From NCBI GenBank assembly GCA_017468465.1, contig JAFUIN010000018.1, forward strand, positions 9,766 to 73,765: a DNA stretch of 64,000 bases, given 5' to 3'. Source of the stretch: Clostridia bacterium (lineage in GTDB: Bacteria > Bacillota > Clostridia > UMGS1840). Under the pieces are notes generated by a model. The model was not told where the DNA came from and made no database searches. It worked only from the letters and a program-made list of their open reading frames with translations. This document shows, in pieces, positions 45,166 to 54,934 of the stretch (position 1 is the stretch's first letter; every line of letters begins with the position of its first letter). Made by a program: the position numbers and the translations under genes.

Positions 45166-46089
45166 ATGGCAAACTTAACAGTGAACTATCTGGGAGTGGA
45201 ATTTAAGAATCCCGTGGTAACCGCCTCCGGCACTTTTGGGTTCGGCATGGAATATAACGAGCTGTATCCAATCGAAAAATTGGGAGGCATTACCGTAAAG
45301 GGATTGACTCTGAATGAACGTCAGGGCAACCCTGCTCCCCGAATTTATGAAACCCCTTCGGGGGTATTGAATAGTGTAGGACTCCAAAACCCCGGTGTAA
45401 GATATTTTGCAAAAAATATAATGCCCCAGCTTAAAAAGTTAGATTTGAAAATTATCGCCAATGTATCCGGCAGCACGTTTTCCGATTATGTGGAAGCTTG
45501 TAAAATTGTGGATGCTTCGGGTGCCGATATTATCGAGCTGAATGTATCCTGCCCCAATGTAAAACAGGGGGGAGCGGCGTTTGGCACCAATCCCGATACC
45601 GTGTATGAAATTACCAAAATGGTGAAAGAAGCCATTTCCACACCTCTTTGCATCAAGCTTTCGCCCAATGTAACAGATATTTCTGCCATTGGACAAGCTG
45701 CAATGGATGCCGGTGCAGACGGGCTTTCCCTAATTAACACCGTTACCGGTATGGCGATTGACCTAAAAAACAGAAAACCCGTGTTCCACAATGTTGTGGC
45801 AGGGCTTTCCGGACCTTGTGTGAAGCCCATTGCAGTGCGCATGGTTTACCAGACCTACGGCAAAACCAAAGCACCCATCATCGGAATGGGCGGCATCGCA
45901 AACGGAAACGACGCGGTAGAATTTATGGCAGCCGGTGCTACCTTGGTTTCGGTGGGCACTATGAATTTCAAAGACCCCTTTACTCCTTTGAAAGTCATTG
46001 ATGGCTTAAACAGCTATTTAGACCATGCCGGAATTTCCGACGTAAACGAAATTATCGGCTGTGCACACCCCGCGGGCAAGAAAATATAG
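45166..46089 (+). CDS. pyrD: Dihydroorotate dehydrogenase (class 1B) catalytic subunit
   Basis: 307 aa with NVSCPN and GGI...G family blocks. Follows pyrK. Confidence 0.9.
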   Translation: MANLTVNYLGVEFKNPVVTASGTFGFGMEYNELYPIEKLGGITVKGLTLNERQGNPAPRIYETPSGVLNSVGLQNPGVRYFAKNIMPQLKKLDLKIIANVSGSTFSDYVEACKIVDASGADIIELNVSCPNVKQGGAAFGTNPDTVYEITKMVKEAISTPLCIKLSPNVTDISAIGQAAMDAGADGLSLINTVTGMAIDLKNRKPVFHNVVAGLSGPCVKPIAVRMVYQTYGKTKAPIIGMGGIANGNDAVEFMAAGATLVSVGTMNFKDPFTPLKVIDGLNSYLDHAGISDVNEIIGCAHPAGKKI

Positions 46090-46139
46090 TGACTAAAAAG
46101 ACAGAAACGACAAAATTTTAAGAAAAGAGATGTGTTAAT

Positions 46140-48056
46140 ATGATAAAAGTAAATTTACAAAACGTGTCTGCACCCGTATCCGTTTTTGAAGCGGTAAAAG
46201 CAGAAAATCCTGAAGTGTTAAAAGGCGCACTTTGCGCAGAAGTAAACGGCAGCATCGTTGGCTTGTCTGAAGAAGTCAACGAAAACGGAGAAATTACGTT
46301 GTTTGATTTTTCCGACCCGGAAGGTAAAAAAACTTACTGGCACACCACCTCTCACGTGTTGGCAGAAGCCGTAAAAATCTTGTTCCCCGAAGCAAAACTG
46401 GCAATCGGGCCTGCAACTGATACCGGCTTCTATTATGATTTTGACTACGAACCGGGCTTCACCAATGAAGATTTGGCAAAAATCGAAAGCCAGATGAAAA
46501 AAATTATCAAAAAGAATACCCGCTTGAACCGTTACACCCTATCCCGAGCAGAAGCCCTGGAAAAAGTAAAAGACGAGCCCTATAAAGTAGAGCTCATCAA
46601 CGACCTGCCGGAAGACAGCGAGCTTTCCTTCTACGAACAAGGCAATTTTACCGACCTTTGTGCAGGTCCGCACCTTACCTTCACCGGTGGAATTAAGGCG
46701 TATAAGCTTCTTTCCATCACCGGTGCTTACTGGCGAGGAGACGAGCATAACAAAATGCTCCGCAGAATCTACGGCATTTCTTTCCCCACCAGAGAAGAAT
46801 TGGATGCGCATATTACCCAGCTGGAAGAAGCAAAAAAACGTGACCATAACAAGCTGGGCAGAGAATTAGAACTCTTTACCACTGCAGATGTTATTGGTCA
46901 GGGGTTACCCATTATGCTTCCCAAGGGTGCAAGAGTGATTCAGCTGTTACAGCGTTGGGTAGAAGACGAAGAACAAAAACGGGGTTGGCTGCTCACCAAA
47001 ACTCCCTTGATGGCAAAAAGCGATTTGTATAAAATTTCCGGACATTGGGACCATTACAAAGACGGCATGTTCGTTATGGGTGATGAAGAAACCGATGACG
47101 AAGTGTTTGCGCTTCGTCCCATGACCTGTCCGTTCCAGTATCAGGCTTTCTTAAACCGTGGCCGTTCCTACAGAGACCTGCCCATGAGACTGGCAGAAAC
47201 CTCCACTCTGTTCCGTAACGAAGCCTCTGGTGAAATGCACGGCTTAATCCGTGTCCGTCAGTTTACCATTTCCGAAGGTCACTTAATGTGTACGCCTGAC
47301 CAGCTGGCAGACGAATTCAGAAATTGTCTGGATTTAACCAACTATATGCTGAAAACCTTGGGCTTATATGAAGATGTATCCTACCGTTTCTCTCAATGGG
47401 ATCCCAACAACCGTGAAAAATATATCGGCACCGATGAACAGTGGGACGAAGCCCAGGGCATCATGAAAGAAATTTTAGACGACATTGGTCTGGATTATAA
47501 AATCGGTATCGGTGAAGCTGCATTTTACGGTCCCAAGCTGGATATCCAGATTAAAAACGTACACGGAAAAGAAGATACTCTTATTACCATTCAGATTGAC
47601 CAGATGCTTGCAGAAAAATTCGGCATGGAATATGTAGCGGCAGATGGCACCAAGAAAAACCCCTATATCATTCACAGAACCTCCATTGGTTGCTACGAAA
47701 GAACGCTGGCATTGTTAATCGAAAAATATGCAGGAGCTTTCCCCTTGTGGTTAGCACCCGTTCAGCTGAAGGTTCTGCCCATTTCCGAACGCTTTGAAGA
47801 GTATGCAAAGAAGGTAACCGACCAGCTTACCATGGCGGGCTTCCGTGTGGAACTGGATAACAGAAGCGAAAAAATCGGTTACAAAATCCGTGAAGCACAG
47901 CTTCATAAACTGCCCTACATGGTAATTGTGGGTGAAAAAGAAATGGAAGAAGGAACCGTTTCCGTTCGTTCCAGAAAAGACGGCGACAAAGGCAGCCTGA
48001 AACTGGACGAATTTATCAAGGAGCTGAAAGTAGAAGCAGAAACCAAAGCAAGATAA
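46140..48056 (+). CDS. thrS: Threonine--tRNA ligase
   Basis: 638 aa with TGS, editing, class II core and anticodon domains (FRNEASGEMHGLIRVRQF). Confidence 0.95.
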   Translation: MIKVNLQNVSAPVSVFEAVKAENPEVLKGALCAEVNGSIVGLSEEVNENGEITLFDFSDPEGKKTYWHTTSHVLAEAVKILFPEAKLAIGPATDTGFYYDFDYEPGFTNEDLAKIESQMKKIIKKNTRLNRYTLSRAEALEKVKDEPYKVELINDLPEDSELSFYEQGNFTDLCAGPHLTFTGGIKAYKLLSITGAYWRGDEHNKMLRRIYGISFPTREELDAHITQLEEAKKRDHNKLGRELELFTTADVIGQGLPIMLPKGARVIQLLQRWVEDEEQKRGWLLTKTPLMAKSDLYKISGHWDHYKDGMFVMGDEETDDEVFALRPMTCPFQYQAFLNRGRSYRDLPMRLAETSTLFRNEASGEMHGLIRVRQFTISEGHLMCTPDQLADEFRNCLDLTNYMLKTLGLYEDVSYRFSQWDPNNREKYIGTDEQWDEAQGIMKEILDDIGLDYKIGIGEAAFYGPKLDIQIKNVHGKEDTLITIQIDQMLAEKFGMEYVAADGTKKNPYIIHRTSIGCYERTLALLIEKYAGAFPLWLAPVQLKVLPISERFEEYAKKVTDQLTMAGFRVELDNRSEKIGYKIREAQLHKLPYMVIVGEKEMEEGTVSVRSRKDGDKGSLKLDEFIKELKVEAETKAR

Positions 48057-48087
48057 GCTGTTTTGGGATACAGAAAGGAAGATTTTT

Positions 48088-48573
48088 ATGGAATTTACCC
48101 GTAAAATTTTAAGTCTTTTGGAACGGAATGCCACCTATTCTCCCAAGGACATTGCAGAGCTTTTGGGAGCAGAGGAAAGCCGTGTTGAAGAAGAAATCGA
48201 ACGGTTGAAAGACACCGGCGTTATTTTGGGTACCAAAACCTTAATCAACTGGGATAAAATTGCACCGGAGCTCACCGTTGCTATTATCGAGCTGAAGGTG
48301 ACACCCCAAAAAGGGGAGGGCTTTGATAAAATTGCCAGAGAAATTTATTACTTTCCCGAAGTACGAAGCGTCACTTTGATGAGCGGTGGATTCGATTTGT
48401 CGGTCACTGTTGTGGGCAATTCTATGAAGGATGTTGCCATGTTTGTGGGCGAAAAGCTGTCCACCCTGGATACCGTTGTATCCACTGCTACGCACTTCGT
48501 TTTGAAAAACTATAAAGTAGACGGTGTATTCTATACCGACGAACCCGAAGATGAAAGGGTGATTACGCTCTGA
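48088..48573 (+). CDS. Lrp/AsnC family transcriptional regulator
   Basis: 161 aa, HTH plus RAM domain layout. Paired with an aminotransferase gene. Confidence 0.8.
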   Translation: MEFTRKILSLLERNATYSPKDIAELLGAEESRVEEEIERLKDTGVILGTKTLINWDKIAPELTVAIIELKVTPQKGEGFDKIAREIYYFPEVRSVTLMSGGFDLSVTVVGNSMKDVAMFVGEKLSTLDTVVSTATHFVLKNYKVDGVFYTDEPEDERVITL

Positions 48574-49754
48574 TGAAACAAAAGAACCCTTTTTCTCCGC
48601 TTGAGTTTGTCAATAAACAGGTAAGGGAAATTCCGCCCTCCGGCATTCGTCGCTTTTTTGATATTGCGGCAACAATGGAGGATGTTATTTCCCTGGGGGT
48701 TGGCGAGCCAGACTTTGTCACCCCCTGGCACATCCGTTCCGAAGCAGTGCGCTCTCTGGAAAAGGGGCGTACTTATTATACTGCCAATGCAGGCCTTATG
48801 GAGCTTCGGCAGGAAATTGCCCGTTATCAGGAAAAAAACATTCACGTTTCTTACGACCCGAAAACCGAAATTGTGGTAACCGTAGGTGCTTCTGAGGCGT
48901 TGGACGGTGCACTTCGTGCTCTGGTTGAACCGGGAGACGAGGTGCTGATTCCGGAACCAAGCTTTGTGTGTTATAAGCCTTGCACCGTTCTTGCGGGTGG
49001 GATTCCCGTTCCCATTGAAACCAAGGCAGAAAACGGCTTCAAACTCACACCGGAGTTACTTAGAAACGCCATTACCGAGAAAACCAAGCTGTTGGTATTG
49101 CCCTACCCAAACAATCCTACCGGTGGCATTATGACTGAGGAGGATTTGTCGCTGATTGTGCCGATTATAAAGGAAGCCAACATTATGGTGATATCTGACG
49201 AAATTTATTCGGAGCTTACCTATACCGGCAAGCATGTTTCCATTGCCACCTTTGACGGCATGAAAGAACGCACCGTCGTGATTAACGGCTTTTCCAAAGC
49301 CTTCGCCATGACCGGCTGGCGTCTTGGTTATGCCTGTGCCCATCCTGATGTGCTTTCTGCCATCTTGAAAATTCATCAGTACGGCATTATGTCGGCATCT
49401 ACCTTTTCGCAATATGCGGCAATCGAAGCCTTAAAACACGGCAGAGCCGACATTGAGCGAATGAAAGAGGAATACAACATCCGTCGGAAATTTTTGGTGG
49501 ATGCCCTGAACGAAATGGGGATGACTTGCTTTAATCCCTACGGAGCGTTTTATGTGTTTCCCTCTATTCAGAAATTTCATATGACCTCCGAAGAATTCTG
49601 CCAGAAGCTTTTGGAAGAACAGCGGCTTGCGGTGGTTCCCGGAACAGCATTTGGCGACTCGGGCGAGGGTTATGTAAGAATTTCTTATGCTTATTCCAAA
49701 GAAAGCATCGCCAAAGCATTAAAACGGTTAGAGGCATTTGCCAAAGACCATTAG
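48573..49754 (+). CDS. Class I/II PLP-dependent aminotransferase (AspB/AlaT-like)
   Basis: 393 aa with NPTG and SKAFAMTGWRLGY (PLP Lys). Confidence 0.8.
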   Translation: MKQKNPFSPLEFVNKQVREIPPSGIRRFFDIAATMEDVISLGVGEPDFVTPWHIRSEAVRSLEKGRTYYTANAGLMELRQEIARYQEKNIHVSYDPKTEIVVTVGASEALDGALRALVEPGDEVLIPEPSFVCYKPCTVLAGGIPVPIETKAENGFKLTPELLRNAITEKTKLLVLPYPNNPTGGIMTEEDLSLIVPIIKEANIMVISDEIYSELTYTGKHVSIATFDGMKERTVVINGFSKAFAMTGWRLGYACAHPDVLSAILKIHQYGIMSASTFSQYAAIEALKHGRADIERMKEEYNIRRKFLVDALNEMGMTCFNPYGAFYVFPSIQKFHMTSEEFCQKLLEEQRLAVVPGTAFGDSGEGYVRISYAYSKESIAKALKRLEAFAKDH

Positions 49755-49767
49755 AAAAGAGGAAATT

Positions 49768-50262
49768 ATGACATTAAATATTGTGTTATTTGAGCCGGAA
49801 ATTCCGCAAAACACAGGCAATATTGCCCGTACCTGTGCTGCAACAGGTGCCAAGCTTCATTTGGTTGGTCCCATGGGCTTTACCATTGACGATAAAAAGC
49901 TCAAGCGCGCAGGGCTGGACTACTGGCACGATGTGGATATCACTTATTACAACAGCATCCGCGAGTTTTACGAAAAAAATCAAGGGGTGATGTATTACTT
50001 AACCACCAAAGCCCCGAAAGATTATTCCGAAGCAACCTTTGAAGACGGATGCTACCTCATTTTCGGGAAAGAAACCGCTGGTATTCCCGAAGAAATTTTA
50101 CTGGAAAATCAAGAAACCTGTCTTCGGATTCCCATGATTGGAGAAATCCGCAGCTTAAACCTTTCCAATTCGGTTGCCATTGTGGCATACGAGGCATTCC
50201 GTCAGGACGGATTTTCTCATTTTCGCCTTGAGGGTAAGCTCACCAAATATGATTGGAAATAA
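49768..50262 (+). CDS. trmL: tRNA (cytidine/uridine(34)-2'-O)-methyltransferase TrmL
   Basis: SPOUT fold with MTLNIVLFEPEIPQNTGNIARTC and a C-terminal LNLSNSVAI knot. Confidence 0.85.
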   Translation: MTLNIVLFEPEIPQNTGNIARTCAATGAKLHLVGPMGFTIDDKKLKRAGLDYWHDVDITYYNSIREFYEKNQGVMYYLTTKAPKDYSEATFEDGCYLIFGKETAGIPEEILLENQETCLRIPMIGEIRSLNLSNSVAIVAYEAFRQDGFSHFRLEGKLTKYDWK

Positions 50263-50281
50263 AACAGATTGGAGAAAAAAG

Positions 50282-51625
50282 ATGATACATAAATATCAGT
50301 TATTCGGGAATAATATTGTACTGGATATTTATTCCGGTTCCGTACACGTGGTTTCCGATGCAGTATATGATTTACTCGGAGAATATGAGTTTGACGAAAG
50401 CAAAATTTCCGAGGAGATTACACAAAAATATTCCGAAGAAGTTCTTTCGGAAGCAAAGGAAGAAATCAAAGAGCTTATCAAGGAAGGAACCTTGTATTCC
50501 CACGATATTTATAAGCCGTTTCGGGACGCAAAAACCAAAACTCCTCCCGTGAAGGCACTTTGTCTCCACATGGCACACGATTGTGACTTAAGATGCCGAT
50601 ACTGCTTTGCCGGCACCGGTGCATTCCATGGGGTAAGAAGCATTATGCCACTGGAGGTTGCAAAAAAAGCCATTGATTTTGTCATTGCACATTCCCAGAA
50701 CCGAAAAAACATCGAAATCGACTTTTTCGGCGGAGAACCCATGCTCAACTTTGATGTGGTAAAAGAAACCGTTTCCTACGCTCGTGAACAGGGATTAAAG
50801 CATGGAAAACACTTCCGTTTTACCATCACCACAAACGGTCTTTTAATCAACGAAGAGCAGATGGAATATGTGAATAAAAATATGGATAACATAGTGCTTT
50901 CCTGCGATGGCAGAAAAGAAGTACACGATAAAAACAGAAAAACCATTTCGGGAGAAGGCACATACGATAAAGTCATCGGCAAATTTATGAAAATTGCCAA
51001 TGACAGAAAACAAATGGACTATTATATCCGCGGCACCTTTACCAAGGACAATAAGGATTTCACCAAAGATGTACTCCATTTGGCAGATTTAGGTTTCAAA
51101 CAGATTTCTGTGGAACCTGTTACCTTAGACGAAAAATCGCCCATGGCAATCGGCTATGAAGATTTGCCTGAAATTTTCAAAGAATATGAAAAATTGGCAG
51201 AAGAAATCATCAAACGGGAAAAATCCGGAAAAGACCGCTTCAACTTCTTCCATTTTATGATAGATTTAGACAACGGCCCCTGTGCATTACGACGGATCTC
51301 CGGATGCGGTGCCGGCTGCGAATATGCGGCGGTTACTCCCTCCGGTGACATTTTCCCTTGTCACCAGTTTGCCGATGAACCGGAATATAAAATCGGAAAT
51401 GTGTTGGACGGCACCTATGAAATGCCCGAACAGTTCCGTGACCGTGACATCTACACCGTAAAAGGCTGCGACAGCTGTTTTGCAAAATTCTATTGCAGTG
51501 CCGGCTGCAGCGCCAGCTCCTTAAAATATGAAAAAGATTTATATAAACCTTATGACATTGCTTGTCAGATGCAGAAAAAACGTGTAGAATGTGCCATTGC
51601 TATCAAAGCTGCATTGGCAGAATGA
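50282..51625 (+). CDS. scfB: Radical SAM/SPASM peptide maturase of the SCIFF-associated (ScfB) type
   Basis: N-terminus MIHKYQLFGNNIVLDIYSGSVHVVSD is typical of ScfB. CDLRCRYC radical SAM motif and a Cys-rich SPASM C-terminus. Confidence 0.8.
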   Translation: MIHKYQLFGNNIVLDIYSGSVHVVSDAVYDLLGEYEFDESKISEEITQKYSEEVLSEAKEEIKELIKEGTLYSHDIYKPFRDAKTKTPPVKALCLHMAHDCDLRCRYCFAGTGAFHGVRSIMPLEVAKKAIDFVIAHSQNRKNIEIDFFGGEPMLNFDVVKETVSYAREQGLKHGKHFRFTITTNGLLINEEQMEYVNKNMDNIVLSCDGRKEVHDKNRKTISGEGTYDKVIGKFMKIANDRKQMDYYIRGTFTKDNKDFTKDVLHLADLGFKQISVEPVTLDEKSPMAIGYEDLPEIFKEYEKLAEEIIKREKSGKDRFNFFHFMIDLDNGPCALRRISGCGAGCEYAAVTPSGDIFPCHQFADEPEYKIGNVLDGTYEMPEQFRDRDIYTVKGCDSCFAKFYCSAGCSASSLKYEKDLYKPYDIACQMQKKRVECAIAIKAALAE

Positions 51626-51639
51626 GGTGATTGTTTCTT

Positions 51640-52200
51640 ATGATTATCGGTCTCTACGGCAGAATCGGCAGCGGAAAAACCACGCTTTGCAATTACCTTC
51701 GCACCAAAGGCTTTTTTGTGATAGACGGAGATAAAATCAGCCGTGAAATTTTGATGCCGGGAAAAGTAGGCTTCAAAGAAGTGGTTGCTTCTTTCGGAGC
51801 AGAATACTTAAATTCTGACGGCACTTTAAACCGAAAAAAACTGGGCGATTATGTGTTTTCCCACAAAGAAGCACTCCATCGGTTGAATGAGATTACACAT
51901 CCGCTGATTTGTGAAGAAGTGCAAGCGCTCATTCAAAAAAATCCCACCCGTCATATTGTGATTGAGGGGGCTGTTCTTTATGCCACCAAAATCATTGATT
52001 TTTGCGATAAAACCGTGGTGGTGACCAGCGATGCAACCCTGTCTCGCATTATGAAGCGGGATTTTCTTACAGAAGGGGAAGCAAAGAAACGCATCAACGC
52101 TCAGGAACTATATGATAAAGCAGACATTGTGATAGAAAACAGCGGAACTCTTTCAGAGTTTTATGAAAAAATTGACCAAATGCTCCAAAGCATTTTGTAA
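51640..52200 (+). CDS. coaE: Dephospho-CoA kinase
   Basis: GRIGSGKTT P-loop, about 186 aa. Confidence 0.85.
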   Translation: MIIGLYGRIGSGKTTLCNYLRTKGFFVIDGDKISREILMPGKVGFKEVVASFGAEYLNSDGTLNRKKLGDYVFSHKEALHRLNEITHPLICEEVQALIQKNPTRHIVIEGAVLYATKIIDFCDKTVVVTSDATLSRIMKRDFLTEGEAKKRINAQELYDKADIVIENSGTLSEFYEKIDQMLQSIL

Positions 52201-52215
52201 GAAAGGAAGATTTTT

Positions 52216-53568
52216 ATGGCAAAAGAACATTTACTGAAAAAACATAAAGATACTGACTATAAGAAAAAAGCAGATGCTTTTTGTGAAGACTATAAAGCCT
52301 TTCTCACCACTGCAAAAACGGAACGTCTTTGTGTGGAATATTTCACCGAAAAGGCAAAAGCAAACGGCTTTACCGATGTTTTAGCTTCACAGGGTGTAAA
52401 AGCAGGAGATAAGGTTTACTATGTCAATAAAAACCGCTCTCTTGTGCTGGCAGTTATCGGAGAAGAGGACATCGAAAACGGCATCAATCTGGTTGCCGCA
52501 CACATTGACTCACCCCGTCTGGACTTAAAACCTGCACCGGTAACCGAGGAAGGCGGATTTTCCTATCTTCGCACCCATTACTATGGTGGCATCAAAAAAT
52601 ATCAGTGGGTGGCAACACCCCTGGCACTTTACGGTGTTGTAGTGAAGAAAAATGGCGAAACTGTAAAAATTGCCATTGGTGATGGGGAAAATGACCCCAT
52701 TTTCATGATTACCGATTTGCTTCCTCATTTAGCCTCCAAGCAGATGGGGCAGAAAATGACCGAAGGAATCCCCGGTGAAAAGCTGATGGTATTATCCGGC
52801 TCCAATCCCGATTTGGATGCAGAAAGCGAAGAAGTTAAGGGTGCGCTCCTGAAAATTTTAGAAGAAAAATACAGCATTTCGGAGGAAGATTTTTATTCTG
52901 CCGAAATTGAAGTGGTTCCCCAAGGTGCTGCCCGTGATGTAGGGTTTGACCGCAGCATGGTGGCTTCCTACGGTCACGATGACAGAGTCTGTGCCTATAC
53001 AGCATTCCAGGCGCTTTTAGAAACCGGCATTCCTAAGAAAACTGCAGTGGTTCTGCTTGCCGACAGAGAAGAAGTGGGCAGTATGGGAAATTCCGGCATG
53101 CAATCCAGATTTTTGGAATACTTTTTAGAAGAAGTAAATCCTTCTGCCCGTATCAATAAAGTGATGGCAAACACCGTTTGCCTGTCCTCTGACGTTGCGG
53201 CAGCCTTTGACCCCATGTATGCAGACGTGTACGAAAAGCAGAATTCTCCCATCTTCGGATGCGGACTCACCCTGCTTCGTTACACCGGCTCCCGCGGAAA
53301 AGGCGGCTCCTCCGAGGCGAGCGCAGAGCTGGTTGCCTATATCCGTAACATTTTTGATGCCAACAATATTTCTTACCAGTTTGCAGAACTGGGGAAAGTA
53401 GATGAAGGTGGCGGCGGAACCGTAGCCCAGTATATCGCCAACTTAGGAGCCGACGTCATTGATGCCGGCGTTGCGCTGCTTTCCATGCACGCACCCTATG
53501 AAATTGCTCACAAGATGGATGTATATGAAGCATATCGCGCATATATTGCGTTTATGACGGCTCGATAA
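52216..53568 (+). CDS. M18-family aminopeptidase
   Basis: 450 aa with HIDSPRLDLKP, GHDDRVC, DREEVGS and SMHAPYE blocks. Confidence 0.8.
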   Translation: MAKEHLLKKHKDTDYKKKADAFCEDYKAFLTTAKTERLCVEYFTEKAKANGFTDVLASQGVKAGDKVYYVNKNRSLVLAVIGEEDIENGINLVAAHIDSPRLDLKPAPVTEEGGFSYLRTHYYGGIKKYQWVATPLALYGVVVKKNGETVKIAIGDGENDPIFMITDLLPHLASKQMGQKMTEGIPGEKLMVLSGSNPDLDAESEEVKGALLKILEEKYSISEEDFYSAEIEVVPQGAARDVGFDRSMVASYGHDDRVCAYTAFQALLETGIPKKTAVVLLADREEVGSMGNSGMQSRFLEYFLEEVNPSARINKVMANTVCLSSDVAAAFDPMYADVYEKQNSPIFGCGLTLLRYTGSRGKGGSSEASAELVAYIRNIFDANNISYQFAELGKVDEGGGGTVAQYIANLGADVIDAGVALLSMHAPYEIAHKMDVYEAYRAYIAFMTAR

Positions 53569-53961
53569 ACAGCGCATAATGGATGCTATGCCGTGCACAG
53601 TACTTCTGCATCCGTTTCTCATCGCCTTATCTATATGGTGACGGCTTGATAAACAGTGTGCATAATGGATGCTATGCCGTACGCAGTACTTCTGCATCCG
53701 TTTCTCATCGCCTTATCTATATGCTGACGGCTTGATAAACAGTGTGCATAATGGATGCTATGCCGTACGCAGTACTTCTGCATCCGTTTCTCATAGCCTT
53801 ATCTATATGGTGACGGCTTGATAAACAGTGTGCATAATGGATGCTATGCCGTACGCAGTACGCAGTACTTCTGCATCCGTTTCTCGTCACCTTATCTATA
53901 TGGTGACAGCTCGATAAACAGCGCGCATAACGGATGCTATGCCGTACGCAGTACTTCTGCC
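53557..53961 (+). repeat. Tandem repeat, about 4.6 copies of an 84-93 bp unit
   Basis: Units start at 53557, 53641, 53727, 53813 and 53906 (partial). The consensus is ACGGCTTGATAAACAGTGTGCATAATGGATGCTATGCCGTACGCAGTACTTCTGCATCCGTTTCTCATCGCCTTATCTATATGGTG. The first unit contains the stop codon of the aminopeptidase gene. Confidence 0.9.
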
Positions 53962-53993
53962 TGAAAGGTGGGCAGGGAAGGGATAAATTTACT

Positions 53994-54878
53994 ATGACAA
54001 GATCAGGCTTTGTTGCCTTGGTGGGGCGTCCCAATACGGGAAAATCCACCTTACTTAACAGCATCATCGGAGAAAAGGTGGCCATAGTGTCCTACCGCTC
54101 TCAGACGACCCGTAATCGGATTGTGGGCATTTTAACCCAAGGGGACGACCAGATTGTATTTACGGATACCCCGGGCATTCACAAACCCAAAACAAGACTC
54201 GGGGAAGAAATGATGGCAGCGGCAAACGGTGCCATTACCGATTGCGACGTTACTGTTTTAGTGGCAGAACCGCGTCTCCCGGGAGAGATTGAGAAAAAAA
54301 TCATTCAAGGCTTTCAGAAGAATCACATTCCTGCCATATTGGTGCTCAATAAAATTGATACAGTTCCCAAGGAAAATCTGCTTCCTGTGATTTTAGAATA
54401 TTCCAAGCTGTATGATTTTATTGAAATTATTCCCGTATCTGCCTTAAAACGTGACGGCATTGACCTATTGATTTCTGCTCTGAAAAAACATTTGGTTGAA
54501 GGACCGTTCTTTTATCCGGAGGATATGAAAACCGATATGGATGAGCGCACCGCTGTGTGTGAAATTGTCCGTGAAAAGCTCCTGAAGCTCTTAAATGAGG
54601 AAATTCCTCACGGCTTGGCGTTGGAAACGGTTGTGATGGAGCAGTCGGCAAAACTTTTGAAATGCGGTGTCAATATTTACTGTGAAAAAGACGGTCACAA
54701 GCGCATTATTATCGGAAAAGACGGTGCTTTTATCAAAAAAATCGGAATGCTTGCAAGGGAAGAGCTGGAGAAAAAATACGGCAAAAAAGTGCATCTGGAG
54801 TTATGGGTAAAAGTCAACCGTGACTGGAGAAATAACATTTATAAAATCCGTAGTTTTGGTCTTGGTGATGTAGAATAA
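53994..54878 (+). CDS. era: GTPase Era
   Basis: MTRSGFVALVGRPNTGKST, DTPG and NKID G-motifs plus a KH domain. The ORF-track N-terminal extension runs into the repeat array and was rejected. Confidence 0.9.
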   Translation: MTRSGFVALVGRPNTGKSTLLNSIIGEKVAIVSYRSQTTRNRIVGILTQGDDQIVFTDTPGIHKPKTRLGEEMMAAANGAITDCDVTVLVAEPRLPGEIEKKIIQGFQKNHIPAILVLNKIDTVPKENLLPVILEYSKLYDFIEIIPVSALKRDGIDLLISALKKHLVEGPFFYPEDMKTDMDERTAVCEIVREKLLKLLNEEIPHGLALETVVMEQSAKLLKCGVNIYCEKDGHKRIIIGKDGAFIKKIGMLAREELEKKYGKKVHLELWVKVNRDWRNNIYKIRSFGLGDVE

Positions 54879-54883
54879 AAATA

Positions 54884-54912
54884 AAAAGCCGTATGAAAAA
54901 TACGGCTTTTTT
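54884..54912 (+). terminator. era terminator
   Basis: AAGCCGTA/TACGGCTT hairpin followed by TTTTTT. Confidence 0.8.
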
Positions 54913-54934
54913 CCACAGAAAGAGGTTCCTTACG

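Noticed and set aside
50263-50281. A hidden SCIFF precursor ORF next to scfB
   Set aside because: The gap to trmL is only 19 nt and the gap to coaE is 14 nt. No Cys-rich reading frame overlaps either neighbour.
53557-53961. Possible CRISPR array
   Set aside because: The whole 86-bp unit is repeated head to tail with no unique spacers, and there are no cas genes in the window.
53443-54085. ORFs of 84 and 122 aa on the minus strand, and the N-terminal extension of era, all running through the tandem repeat and encoding repetitive His/Cys/Arg-rich peptides
   Set aside because: They exist only because the repeat happens to lack stops in that frame. Unit lengths (84, 86, 86 bp) are not multiples of three, so the frame is not maintained between units. 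None has an RBS, and era has a proper start at 53994.
54879-54934. yybP-ykoY manganese riboswitch upstream of mntP
   Set aside because: The interval is 56 nt and is occupied by the era terminator, which is far too short for that riboswitch.
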